From NCBI GenBank assembly GCA_002269645.1, contig NIVC01000413.1, positions 434,001-498,000 on the forward strand: DNA of 64,000 nt, written 5' to 3'. The notes below the pieces were generated by a model that was not told the DNA's origin, did not search any database, and was given only the letters and a program-made list of their open reading frames with translations. Below, piece after piece: positions 1-13,266 of the stretch. Within the stretch, counting starts at the first letter, position 1; each line of letters starts with the position of its first letter. The position numbers were made by a program, and so were the translations under genes. Source of the stretch: Macrostomum lignano (taxonomy: Eukaryota).

Positions 1-240
1 GTTACTCTATAGTTGACCATCAGGTCACTCTATAGTTGACCATCAGGTCACTCTATAGTTGACCATCAGGTCACTCTATAGTTGACCATCAGGTCACTCT
101 ATAGTTGATCATCAGGTCACTTTATAGTTGATCATCAGGTCACTCTATAGATAACCATCAGGTCACTCTATAAGTAACCATTTAGGTCACTATATAGGTT
201 TTAGGTAACCATCGAGTCACTCTAGACTTAATCATCAGAT
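1..240. repeat. 23-bp minisatellite (GTTGACCATCAGGTCACTCTATA) in PK intron 3
   Basis: Tandem copies decaying rightwards; internal hairpin TGACC-atca-GGTCA. Confidence 0.9.
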
Positions 241-292
241 CACTACATCAGGACATTAGGACAGGTAATCCAGAATCACCCCCAAAGCTCAC

Positions 293-3200
293 CTTGTAGG
301 AGCCGAGCGTCAGGTTAATGCGGGCAATATTCATACCCCGCACAATCATACGACGAATCATTTCAGGCGTTTCGCAAGACGGTCCTTAAAACGAATAAGA
401 AAATAAATTCACATATAGATCGAAGAAAAATATCTCAACATACTACTGAATCATGGCTGATTAAGTAGCATAGTAAGTAGCATACGGGAGTTAAAAATAA
501 CCAGCCTGAATATAGTAGGAAAACCTGTAGAAAGTTTGGAAGCCGGCCAGAAAAAAATTCCAGAAACCGAACTGGAACTGTGCCGGGATTTTGCTGCCCA
601 GTCTTTCCGCCCGCAACATTGGGAAGAATGCAGTTGGGGATAAATTAAGGGACTGAACGAAGATGGGAAACGCGAGCGTGCAAGAGCGTACGTATTATCA
701 TTTCACCCAAAAGTTGGCCTACAAGGGCGGTTACCGATCCCTTTCCCATCCTAGCACAGCAGTGCAAACTCCAAGCCGGCGATATATCAAGTATTATAAT
801 CTTAATAAATCAATTCTGACAATATAATAGAAAGCATTGAAAAAATACATTCACAAGCACGATTAGAAATCGTTCGTCAAAAAATGATATTAGTAAATAT
901 TTTATATCGAATATAGAATTTCTGTTAGCATAGGAAATAGAAAATGTAGAACATTTATTCTTTACTTTGCTAGTTATAATACTAGTACAGTCAGATACTA
1001 TAGACTTTATCTTAGACATTTAGTAAATGCTGATTGGTTGCTCAGTAAATTATATAGATTAAAAGTTCGCTGACACAATATTTATTTTCCTGACACCCTC
1101 TTCCATTACCTGACACCTCATTCGTTTCCCTGACGTACCCTCTCCTATTCCCTGACATCCTATTAATTTACCTGACACCCTGTTCGTTTCCCTGACACCC
1201 TGTTCGTTTCCCAGACACCCTATTCATTTCCCTGACACCCTATTCCTTTACCAGACACCTCATTCGTTTCCCTGACGTACCCTCTCCTATTCCCTGACAT
1301 CCTATTAATTTACCTGACACCCTGTTCGTTTCCCTGACACCCTGTTCGTTTCCCTGACACCCTGTTCGTTTCCCTGACACCCTGTTCGTTTCCCTGACAC
1401 CCTGTTCGTTTCCCAGACACCCTATTCATTTCCCTGACACCCTATTCCTTTACCAGACACCCTATTCCTTTACCAGACATCCTATTCATTTCCCTGACAC
1501 CCTATTCATTTCCCTGACACCCTATTCATTTCCCTGACACCCTATTCCTTTACCAGACACCCTATTCCTTTACCGGACATCCTATTCATTTCCCTGACAC
1601 TCTATTCCTTTACCAGACATCCTCTTCATTTACCAGACACCCTATTGATTTAGCAGACAACCTATTGATTTCCCTGACATCATATTATTCATTTCTCAAC
1701 ACTGATATAGACTCACCCAGCGTGCACATGATGCCGGTGACGCGAGGATAAATTGGCAAATTATCGATGTCTAATCGGCACAGGTGAGTCAGCTGAGTCT
1801 CACGGCTGTGCATGATGCGCGACTGCGTGTTCATTCGATAGTAGCCGGGCATGGAGCTGCGGAGGGACACGGGGATAGATATGGGATGCGTGATTTGGGG
1901 AAGCATGAACATCTTGTCTGTCTGACTGTTTAAAGATTTTAGCACTATCTTTATATCTATCTCATTCTAACTCTACCTCTATCTCTATCCCATTCTATTT
2001 TTACCTCTCTATCTTTATCCCATTCTACCCCATTCTATTTTTACCTCTCTATCATCAAATTCTATCTTTACATCTATCTCTTTCCGATTCTATCTCTACC
2101 CCTATATCTCTATCCCATTATATCTCTACCTAGATCTATCTACATCCCATTCTATTTTTACCTCTCTATCATCCCATTCAACTCTACATCTATCTCTTTC
2201 CGATTCTATCTCTACCTCTCTATCTCTATCCATTCTATCTCTACCTCTCTATCTCTATCCATTCTATCTCTACATCTATCTCTATCCCATTCTATCTCTA
2301 CATCTATCTCTATCCCATTCTATCTCTACATCTATCTCTATCCCATTCTATCTCTACCCCTCTACCTCTATCCCATTCTATCTCTACCCCTCTACCTCTA
2401 TCCCATTCTATCTCTACATCTATCTCTATCCCATTCTATCTCTACCCCTCTATCTCGATCCCATTCTATCTCTACCTCTGTCTTTACCTGTATCTTTACC
2501 TAATTCGATCCCAATTCTACATATTTCTAGTTTTAAAATTCTATTTGTCCCTTGATGTGATTATATTCATCCAATATCTATATTTATATTTCCTCTATCA
2601 GATAAAAAATTTAAATACGTGTAATTTAAATCTAACTTGTTAATTAACAAAAGTAGGTGACAAACAAAACAGAGCCGAACAAAAATATTTGCAATAGACA
2701 AAGAAAGCTAAACAATATTCTTCGGTGCTACTGTTCAGGAGAAAATATCCATTACCCTTCCCTGTCGTATCTTATGCATCGCTATGTATGTCAGACTGCG
2801 CACCTTGCAGACGCTCCCTACCCCCGCCTGACTCATGCCATCCCATTAGCTATATCCTTTGCAGGAAAAAAGGCGTGGATTTTATTTTACTACACTGCAC
2901 ATTCACTGATTCAGCCGGGCAATAAAGTGCATGCAACAGTAATGGCAGAAACTGGCTATATCAACATGTGCACCTATGTGTATTACTTAGCTTGTACAAG
3001 TTATAGTAAATCTCCGCAATGTTTAGTAGACTGCAGACAAACAGTCGATATTATATGTGTGTTTAGGTTAAAGTTCTTTGCGAACTTTTTATGCACGCTT
3101 CTAAAAACTGGGGATAACGTATACTTCCTGTTTCTGAACTTGGTAAAGTAATTATCCTATCCTAGTACGGGAGCTGAGTCATGCTTTGAAATACGTCAAA

Positions 3201-3942
3201 TAACATGATACTAGCACACGAAATAATGCTGCAAGGCCAAGAAATGAGGATCTGGGAGGCTGGCCCAGCAACTGAGGATCTGGGAGGCTGGCCCAGCAAC
3301 TGACACTCTGGGAGGCTGGCCCAGCAACTGACACTCTGGGAGGCTGGCCCAGCAAATTACACTCTGGGAGGCTGGCCCAGCAACTGACACTCTGGGAGGC
3401 TGGCCCAGCAACTGACACTCTGGGAGGCTGGCCCAGCAACTGAGGATCTGGAATGTTGGCCCAGGGATCTGGGATGCTGGCCCAGCAACTGAGGATCTGA
3501 GAGGCTGGCCCAGCAACTGACACTCTGGGAGGCTGGCCTAGCAACTGAGGATCTGGGAGGCTGGCCCAGCAACTGAGGATCTGGGAGGCTAGCCTAGCAA
3601 CTGAGGATCTGGGAGGCTAGCCCAGCAACTGAGGATCTGGGATGCTGGCCCAGTAACTGAGGATCTGGGAGGCTGGCCCAGCAACTGACACTCTGGGAGG
3701 CTGGCCTAGCAACTGAGGATCTGGGAGGCTGGCCCAGCAACTGAGGATCTGGGAGGCTGGCCCAGCAACTGAGGATCTGGGAGGCTGGCAACCCACACAA
3801 GACTTCAGCAGAACCCAGAACGGTCAGAACGTCTGCTAAATCCGAGAGCCGCTCACCTGGACACCTTCGACAGGGTGGGCGTCGGCAGCGTCAGCTGTAC
3901 ACCGCCGAACTGGAAAGCGTGGCTCGAGTCGTCTTGTTGCAT
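293..3942 (-). CDS. PK: Pyruvate kinase family protein, 5' part (exons 3942-3857, 1856-1717, 384-293); continues beyond the window start
   Basis: Spliced translation MQQDDSSHAFQFGGVQLTLPTPTLSKVSSSMPGYYRMNTQSRIMHSRETQLTHLCRLDIDNLPIYPRVTGIMCTLGPSCETPEMIRRMIVRGMNIARINLTLGSYK matches the PK N-terminus (human PKM [25 protein letters not shown]...MIKSGMNVARLNFSHG). All junctions are GT-AG with consistent phases (2, 1). Confidence 0.85.
1086..1680. repeat. 20-bp minisatellite (CCCTGACACCCTGTTCGTTT and variants) in PK intron 2
   Basis: Direct tandem repeats visible. Confidence 0.9.
1945..2510. repeat. Pyrimidine-rich TCTA-derived repeat (~28-bp unit) in PK intron 1
   Basis: Repeated TCTATCTCTACATCTATCTCTATCCCAT-like units. 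Confidence 0.85.
3233..3790. repeat. 28-bp minisatellite (GCCCAGCAACTGAGGATCTGGGAGGCTG) in PK intron 1; same family as 18785-20345
   Basis: About 20 tandem units, including the ACTGACACTCTG variant also seen in the MRCK intron. Confidence 0.95.
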
Positions 3943-4320
3943 TTTGTTTGTTTTACTAGTTGCTGTGGTGTAGTTGCCGACTTAAAAAAGTTAAGTTTTT
4001 AGCTTGCAACGCAATACAAAACATGCAGTAAAGTTAAAGGAAATTATTTATGTAATATTCAGTTCAATTTCTGTCATACCCACTTTTACCTGTCACGTAT
4101 TTAATCATCATATGAACTAAGGTGCCTGCCAGTTTAACTAAACTCTCGCTAATGATCGATCACTAACGCTATTGAAATAACAACAGAAGTAGCCGTAATA
4201 ACTTTTACAATACTCCATATATGCAATACAAACAATCGTTAAGGAGGAAGCTGGCAGGAACTAAGGCTTGTTCGGACACTTAGGGGAGAGGAAATGAAGT
4301 GGCTCGGACAGTCAGGGGAA

Positions 4321-4488
<168 letters not shown>

Positions 4489-4689
4489 GTGACCGTTTGG
4501 GAAATATCCCAGCGGCGTGTGCGTTACGCATGCATCTGCCTGTCTGTCTACAAGGATAAAGGGTTGACAGGAAAAGAGACCTACAGTATACTGCGTAGCT
4601 AGATCAAGGAGATCTTGACTAAGAATCTGGAGTACCAACTTTGTCCAAACCACATATAACTGCAAGGCTGCAAAGCTACAGAGCAATCA

Positions 4690-4920
4690 GTGTTGCTCAG
4701 ACAACGCTGCTAACTTTGGGTTCGATTCCCATGGGATTCTCGCGCGATTCACAGCCATCAGGGCCAACCCCCAAGACACAGAGAGTACACATTAGAAAGT
4801 CAAAGGGCCGATGTACACCCTGTGTGAGAATTTGTATGGAGTGTGCAAATGGAGTCAGCGGAATGTGCAAGAATTGCCTCAGCGCTGGTTCTTGAGACGA
4901 TGTCGCCAAAGGCGTTGATC
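4690..4920 (+). mobile_element. tRNA-derived SINE-like element, family B
   Basis: B-box GGTTCGATTCC near 4719, then GATTCACAGCCATCAGGGCCAACCCCCAAGACACAGAGAG...TGTACACCCTGTGTGAG, shared with copies at 29310, 42290, 52190 and 55293. Confidence 0.65.
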
Positions 4921-7200
4921 CAAAATGCGTCAGAGTTTACTGTTTGGTGGAATCGACGATTATAAAAATAATGTAGCTATATAGTCTGAGATAGTTTCGC
5001 AGAATTTTCAGAAACGTCTTGTTTACGACGTAAATTTCTTTCGAACTCAGCTTATCATCCATCACTCAGATGCTACAGTTTTAAGTGAGACACGTAGAAT
5101 CTATACGGATTTTGTAAGCAGAACCAACTTATGAAATGGTTCTGTAGTGTTAGTCTTATCGTGTCATGAAAATGAGGGTCTGGGAACAACTGGTAGTTTG
5201 GATTATGGGTTCAAGGCCTCCTTGGCTAGGCTTATGCTTACCTGACGACAAAGCAGACTATTATAATAGATATTATTATTACTATTACTAAACCCGGTAA
5301 CGACTAATGAGAAAAGAAACCATGGGGGATGAAAAAACTCTGCGTGTGGGACGAAAAGTGGACGAACGAAAAGCAAACTGACTGAACAACATTTTTTGTG
5401 CACTGCGGTTCAAATCCCAAGAGAGGGGGGGGGGAATCCTGAAACAAATGCTTGACTGGAAAAAATAAAGGAAGAAAGGAAAGTGTCTGCGGCAGATATA
5501 TATGAAGAATTTGGTTTAGATGAATGGAAGCCATATAAGAATAAAGCCCGGGAATTGCGGCTGTCGCATCTGAGGGGGAAAACAGGTGAAAGAAAAAATT
5601 CAAATTGGCTTATTAGTCTTCCTAAGCATCTCTTTTTTTCTAGCGGAATCCTATAATTAAGCATTCTCAAATTCGGCATGCAGCAAAAAACTCGTCAGAG
5701 ATACTTAACGATGCAGTTGCCATTGGATACTCACAGCAAGCCGAGCTTTGCACCGAATTCGAGCAAGCAATGGCGGGTGCAGACTCGGGGGGGGGGAAGA
5801 GAAACGAATACTGACTTGAAACAGAACAGGAGAGACAGGGGTGAAGAGACAGGATCCAGCATAGGCCGGACAGGTAGCCGGGGAGACGAGAGCAGGGATT
5901 AGAATTTTCTCTATCCACTGAAGCTCCCATCCTCCAAGGCTGCACATCGAATGTCCCCAGATTTTCATCCCTGAGAGAGGGTAAGAGATGCGAGCAGGTT
6001 ACACTTGCGAGTAAATCCCGGAATCGAACTTGAAGACTTGCGTTCGGGGACGGAAAGGAAAAGGCAGACATAGAAGGTAACTTACCTCTCCGCTCGGAAC
6101 TGGAGGGAGGGGTTTGACTGTCAGGTGCACGTTTTCTTTTTAGGACAACCTCGGAGCACACATTAAGGGTGCCAGGTGTGCAGCGGCAAGCTCAACTCAA
6201 GCTGCCTGCCTGTACCTTTTCCTAATTTAAAGTGAGATCAGGACGAGGAGACGGGGCAGACTCTAGGAGTGAGAAGGAACTCTTCTCTGACGACGACCGA
6301 ACTCAAGATCTTGGCAAGCGAAATCTATCTATTCCATTCAGTTGAAAAAAGAAATACCCGAGTCCATCAAGAGCAACAAGGTAAGATTGCTTGCATTGTT
6401 GAATTTGGCACTTTTCTGCAAATTTCTAGCAACCGTTTGATTAGCCTTAATTGTGCCAAGAACCGCATAGCTTTCTGGATAAGCATGCCATTAAGAAACA
6501 TTGGCTACGATTTCATGTCAATATTTAGCATACACAGCAGCAGCTGAAAAAATGGTGCCAAGACAGTTTTATTAAGGAATGACGGATGCAAGAGAACTGT
6601 TTAATACACGAATTATGCAGTGCAGCAGTTGAACACTATTGCTAGTTGCCATATTGACAGTATAGCACGAGGGTTGTAAGAAAAGTTTCGTGTATTGAGG
6701 CATAGCCTGGTTTTAGACCTACGAGTACTCGTAGCTGACAAAACAAAGGTTTTGCCACAAACAATTTCATATATAAAGAGCTCGTAGCTCCAGTTTACGG
6801 CTCGTATGGCTCGTAGCCATCAAGTCATAAGGGTGGAAAATTCTTCCGCATCGGCCATGCTCACCGGACCTCAGCCCATGGGACCTTTTCCTCTTTCCCC
6901 TTCAGTTCAGCATGGGGGAAGAGATGAACTGTGCGCCTTAAGGCGGTAATCGCGGCTGTGGCAAACAATGGCAAGCTAGGGTGCTGGCATTGAGGGGCTC
7001 GTGTGGCGTTGGCAGACATCATGCTGCATAATACTCTCATCAGAATGCCATCTGATTTGGATTGAAGACTAAATTGAATTGAATTCGCTGTAAATATTCC
7101 GAGCAAAGATCGATTTTTGTGGAACTTCTGTTCGCTTATCATTTCAGAACGGTTTTCAAGGTTGACAAACTACCTTACAGTCAAAAACACACGTATAAAA

Positions 7201-7692
7201 ATGGTACTATTTCTATGGGGATCAAGTCTGAAACAATTCAGCAGACGCGATCGACACCTGTACTACACCTGCCACGCTCTGCTCTTAATTAGCATGGCTG
7301 CTATGGCAATTGCACTCCTAACCATCATAATTATCTCTCTGACTGTGCAATCGCCCTACATAGGAGCCGCTGCTCGTCAGTTTACTAACAATCTACGAAT
7401 TGGTGCCATTCTGGCCGTTGGTTTTTGCAGTTTAGGCCTGGCAGTGTCCGCCCTTGGCACCAGATGGATTGCTGGCAAGAATCGAATCGGACTAGTTGTA
7501 CTGGCGGACGAAGACAGCGACGGTGGACCAGAGGACGACAAGATGGTAATTAACAAAATGAAGACTAATAATAACAAAGTTGGAGATATTGACGCCGAGA
7601 GCAAGGCACAGCGGACTGCTGGTACGGAACCGACTAATGTTGTCTACTACGAATTGGTTGCTAAGAGCAACGGAATGAAGTTCGGCAAATAA
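7201..7692 (+). CDS. Orphan protein (163 aa) with two predicted transmembrane helices
   Basis: Non-repetitive ORF, ATG in AAAATG context, two hydrophobic segments (ALLLISMAAMAIALLTIIIISLTV; IGAILAVGFCSLGLAVSALG), acidic linker and charged tail. No family recognised. Confidence 0.55.
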   Translation: MVLFLWGSSLKQFSRRDRHLYYTCHALLLISMAAMAIALLTIIIISLTVQSPYIGAAARQFTNNLRIGAILAVGFCSLGLAVSALGTRWIAGKNRIGLVVLADEDSDGGPEDDKMVINKMKTNNNKVGDIDAESKAQRTAGTEPTNVVYYELVAKSNGMKFGK

Positions 7693-7877
7693 TCAACGAA
7701 ATGAAAATATCTCTTCGTCCATTAACATTAATAACTGTCATGCAATCTTCTTTGGCGAATGGGATGAAAATCAATTTTAGCTCGTAAATCCCAAAAATTA
7801 CGGGAAATTATGAGCAGGATAGATCGATTCCCTTGAAATTTGTTAATGCATCACAAAAAACAGGTAGACTCAGGAAG

Positions 7878-8395
7878 GAGCTAGCTGTGAGGGCTGGGTT
7901 AGGATAGGGGTTAGGTGTGTGAGGGCTGGGTTAGGAAAAAGGTGGTTAGCTGTGTGAGGGCTGGGTTAGGAAAGGGGTTAGCTGTGTGAGGGCTGAATTA
8001 AGAAAGGGGTTAGCTGTGTGAGGGCTGGGTTAAAAAGGGGTTAGCTGTGTGAGGGCTGGGTTAGGAAAAAGGTGGTTAGCTGTGTGAGGGCTGAGTTAGG
8101 AAAGGGGTTAGCTGTGTGAGGGCTGGGTTAGGAAAAAGGTGGTTAGCTGTGTGAGGGCTGGGTTAGGAAAGGTGGTTAGCTGTGTGAGGGCTGGGTTAGG
8201 AAAAAGGTGGTTAGCTGTGTGAGGGCTGGGTTAGGAAAAAGGTGGTTAGCTGTGTGAGGGCTGGGTTAGGAAAGGTGGTTAGCTGTGTGAGGGCTGGGTT
8301 AGGAAAGGGGTTAGTTGTGTGAGGGCTGGGTTAGGAAAGGGGTTAGCTGTGTGAGGGCTGAATTAAGAAAGGGGTTAGCTGTGTGAGGGCTGGGC
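7878..8395. repeat. 31-35-bp minisatellite (GTTAGCTGTGTGAGGGCTGGGTTAGGAAAGGG)
   Basis: Tandem G-rich units containing GGGTTAG. Confidence 0.9.
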
Positions 8396-9189
8396 TATGA
8401 GGGCTCGAGTGAATGGGTAAGGAAGCGAGTTGTCTGATTTTTTAAGGTAAGAAATACTACTACTTTAGGATGCTACTATGCTACTATTTTTGCTACTATT
8501 GTGCTACTATTATTGTCAAGAACTCCGTCCCAAAAAGCAATACTGCATAGCTCGTATAAAACCCTTTAATTCTAAACTGTCAGTGACACTTTCCATTTAC
8601 AAAATCGCTTGCCACACCAGCCGCAGTAAAATCGAAACTACTCGTACAATGTTTTTTACACAAAGTCGCACAGATTCTTAGGCTAGCTGTGAAAAAGCTC
8701 TTTTCCTTATTTTGTTTTATAGCTTCGTGAAATTTTGTATATCTGTCGATAATGCTAACCTTAAAACGCTGTCGACGTAGTTTACGAATCAGTTTCTTTC
8801 TTTTTTTAAAAAATTCAATGTAAATTGCAGACAATATTAATCGAATTGTCTCGCACTAAATTTGAGATTCAACCTATGCTTGTCATCGTAGTGTCCGATG
8901 TTTTTACAATGCAAAAAGCTGATGAAAATAACATTATAATGCCCAAACCCACATAGATTGTGGAAAATATAACCTGACTGAAAAAACGCTGGTCCACTAA
9001 ATTTACCTTTAGTTAGTCCTGTTGTTTCCCGAAAATTTGTGTTTTCTTGAGCTGAATTTCGCTACTTAAAAATTCTTTGTTTACATCACTTTGTTGAATT
9101 CTATTTGGGACTTTTTTAAAAACGCCAAAATGGGGCTAAAAGCTTACAGTCATTATAGGGGGGATTTAGGACTTTCGCCCACCTATACC

Positions 9190-9990
9190 TGTGGGACCTG
9201 GGACTCTTATCCGCCCACCTATAGGATCTGGGACTCTTATCCACCCACCTATAGGGTCCGGGACTCTTATCCGCCCACCTATAGAATCTGGGACTCTTTA
9301 TCCACCCACCTATAGGATCTGGGACTCTTATCCGCCCACCTATAGGATCTGGGACTCTTTATCCACCCACCTATAGGATCTGGGACTCTTATCCGCCCAC
9401 CTATAGGATCTGGGACTCTTATCCGCCCACCTATAGGATCTGGGACTCTTTATTCACCCACCTATAGGATCTGGGACTCTTATCCACCCACCTATAGGGT
9501 CCGGGACTCTAATTCGCCCACGTATAGGATCTGGGACTCTTATCCGCCCACCTATAGGATGTGGGACTCTTATCCGCCCACGTATAGGATCTGGGACTCT
9601 TATCCGCCCACCTATAGGATCTGGGACTCTTATACGCCCACCAATAGGATCTGGGACTCTTATCCACCCACCTATAGGATCTGGGACTCTTATCCACCCA
9701 CCTATAGGATCTGGGACTCTTATCCACCCACCTATAGGATCTGGGACTCTTATCCGCCCACCTATAGGATCTGGGACTCTTATACGCCCACCAATAGGAT
9801 CTGGGACTCTTATACGCCCACCAATAGGATCTGGGACTCTTATACGCCCACCAATAGGATCTGGGACTCCTGCCCACCAAACTATGGGATCTGGGACTCT
9901 TATCCGCCCACCAATAGGATCTGGGACTCTTGCCCACCAAACTATGGGATCTGGGACTCTTGCCCACCAAACTTTGGGATTTGGGACTCT
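9190..9990. repeat. 30-bp minisatellite (CTGGGACTCTTATCCGCCCACCTATAGGAT)
   Basis: About 26 tandem units; source of the WDSYPPTYRI ORFs. Confidence 0.95.
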
Positions 9991-10797
9991 AACTACCATA
10001 TCAAACAACTTATATTAAAACTCAAAGAAATAAACAAGACAAAGAGTCACTACTAGTAATTATATAATAATCGAAATTGCAACTGAAAAAGCCACGTATA
10101 CATATAAATATGTATATCATTATCGTAACGAATAATAAATAAATAGAGATCGAGTTAGAAAAGGTATAGAAGGCGGGCCAAAGTATTTGAATCATGAAGT
10201 TATTATTAATTATTAGTTACACGCAGTTAATATAATCAGATTTATAAACACATACATGTAAAGTGACTGGCTAACAGAACACTAAAACAAACCTTGCAAA
10301 GCACGCCGAAATTTTTACTGAACTTTTATTTATTTTACTGAATGATATCTTTAAAAAACACACAAAACAGCACATTAAAACCCTACAAAATAATAACTGG
10401 TTTATTTAGCACGAAGGTCATAGCAATGATGTACAATACGCTTCTTTCTAGTGTGCAAATATTACTAACTACCAGACACGCTAAAAAAGGCATTTAAATC
10501 GTTAATAATTCAGACAACAACATGTAATTAGTAAGCAAAATAGGTGACAGTATTTCAATCTACTACTACAGAAACATATAAGCAAAGCATTAGAGACTGT
10601 GTTACATGTACTCAGACAGACACAAGAGTAAACAAAATGAATCAAAGTTATTTTATACAACTATTATTATATAGATTGCATGCAATACTAAATTTATAGT
10701 GCATTTATCACACAGTGGCATGCATTTGAATGTCTAATTCTAATAACAACTAGCTAATAACGCATGTTTTTCATTTTATTTAGTAAATTGAGCTTTC

Positions 10798-12182
10798 AAT
10801 TTAAGACACAGCCTACCATATTTAACCCATGCTTTGATCATTGTCTATGGCCAAACCCGTGTATTGGGGAGAGCATTGAATTAAAGACACAGCCTACCAT
10901 ATTTAACCCACGCTTTGATCATTGTCTATGGCCAAACCCGTGTATTGGGGAGAGCATTGAATTAAAGACACAGCCTACCATACTTAACCCATGCTTTGAT
11001 CATTGTCTATGGCCAAACCCGTGTATTGGGGAGAGCATTGAATTAAAGACACAGCCTACCATACTTAACCCATGCTTTGATCATTGTCTATGGCCAAACC
11101 CGTGTATTGGGGAGAGCATTAAATTAAAGACACAGCCTACCATACTTAACCCACGCTTTGATCATTGTCTATGGCCAAACCCGTGTATTGGGGAGAGCAT
11201 TGAATTAAAGACACAGCCTACCATACTTAACCCATGCTTTGATCATTGTCTATGGCCAAACCCGTGTATTGGGGAGAGCATTGAATTAAAGACACAGCCT
11301 ACCATACTTAACCCATGCTTTGATCATTGTCTATGGCCAAACCCGTGTATTGGGGAGAGCATTAAATTAAAGACACAGCCTACCATACTTAACCCACGCT
11401 TTGATCATTGTCTATGGCCAAACCCGTGTATTGGGGAGAGCATTGAATTAAAGACACAGCCTACCATACTTAACCCATGCTTTGATCATTGTCTATGGCC
11501 AAACCCGTGTATTGGGGAGAGCATTGAATTAAAGACACAGCCTACCATACTTAACCCATGCTTTGATCATTGTCTATGGCCAAACCCGTGTATTGGGGAG
11601 AGCATTAAATTAAAGACACAGCCTACCATACTTAACCCACGCTTTGATCATTGTCTATGGCCAAACCCGTGTATTGGGGAGAGCATTGAATTAAAGACAC
11701 AGCCTACCATACTTAACCCATGCTTTGATCATTGTCTATGGCCAAACCCGTGTATTGGGGAGAGCATTGAATTAAAGACACAGCCTACCATACTTAACCC
11801 ATGCTTTGATCATTGTCTATGGCCAAACCCGTGTATTGGGGAGAGCATTGAATTAAAGACACAGCCTACCATACTTAACCCATGCTTTGATCATTGTCTA
11901 TGGCCAAACCCGTGTATTGGGGAGAGCATTGAATTAAAGACACAGCCTACCATATTTAACCCACGCTTTGATCATTGTCTATGGCCAAACCCGTGCATTG
12001 GGGAGAGCATTGAATTAAAGACACAGCCTACCATATTTAACCCACGCTTTGATCATTGTCTATGGCCAAATCCGTGTATTGGGGAGAGCATTGAATTAAA
12101 GACACAGCCTACCATATTTAACCCACGCTTTGATCATTGTCTATGGCTAAACCCGTGTATTTTGGAGAGCATTGAATTTTAG
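10798..12182. repeat. 81-bp tandem repeat (~17 units) with an open 27-aa Cys-rich frame
   Basis: Unit translates as KTQPTILNPCFDHCLWPNPCIGESIEL; near-identical copies. Confidence 0.95.
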
Positions 12183-13266
12183 ACATTGAGCAGTTCTAAA
12201 GGGTTTTGACCATAGAAAGAAAGTAGAATTGATTTACAGTGGCTTATAATAAGTGCTAGAATTCTTAAATAAAATGAAAAAAAATGTTATATAACAATTA
12301 CACTAATAACCTGAATGCTGATTTTCTATTAGTTTCTATCAGCATAAACAAATCATTCATTAAGCACAAATTTACTACACTATATGGATATGAGACAATA
12401 CAAAATTGCACTGATATTTATAGTGTTTAAACAGTAGTAGAGAAAGGGTACAGACCTGCTAACCAGTACTTGGATATTGCAGTCCGCTGTGCTTTAACAT
12501 AAAAGATAGGCAAAAATTATAGAAAAAAACTACTTTTAAGTTACTTACTAAAACGAATAAATTATGTTTTGATATTTTAAAAACAATAAGTTTGTGATCT
12601 TGGCCAATCAAGGCCCTAATCATAATTGATAAATACTGTAAATGAGCATTATATAAGCTGGTATAGTCGGCAAGGATTAGAAAACCAAAAAAAACTTTTA
12701 GTCATGTTAGTTTCATAAATAAAAAGCTACTAATTATCAGGTAATTATCTAATTATCTACAGCTTAAATTAATTTTCATAGCAATAAAACAAAAACAGCG
12801 AGAGTAAATGTTGTTTTCTTTTAGCAACGAAAACAAGAAAAATGGAAATCGAAAATTGCAAAATTCGCTTCACCAAATTTAACGTATCACAATTGAACTA
12901 ATATCTTAATAATTACAGATTTTAATTGTTTACGCTTCGGCTTAACCACAACAAATATCAACCGAATATCGAAATTTCAGCATAAAAAAACAATTTTGCT
13001 AAAAAGGAAAATTATAAAATAGCTTATAAACACTCACTTGTAATCATATGTAGGTGACAATTTAACTGAAAATAATTTGCTTAACGCCTCATTGCCAATG
13101 ATTTGTTGTTACTGCATATGCAGGACACACGCGTCAAATTGTACAATTTATTAGAGAAATAAAGTCCTACTAGATAACCAAAAACAACAACACAAACAAA
13201 TCATTATAATCTAATAGCAAAATAACCGTGCAAAAATTTAAATATCGTCCAATTAGCGTTGGCAAA

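Noticed and set aside
2657-3151. 164-aa plus-strand ORF in PK intron 1
   Set aside because: Non-ATG start, no recognisable domain, antisense within an intron.
3179-3800. [15 protein letters not shown] ORFs (also 18777-20538)
   Set aside because: Translations of the 28-bp intronic minisatellite; open in all frames only because the unit lacks stop triplets.
5400-6260. GC-richer block with short ORFs, possible retroelement (similar case 62140-62660)
   Set aside because: No RT, integrase, gag motif, LTR pair or TSD could be identified by eye.
9091-10056. WDSYPPTYRI / RVPDPIGG repeat proteins
   Set aside because: 30-bp minisatellite with frameshifting indels between units; no coding context.
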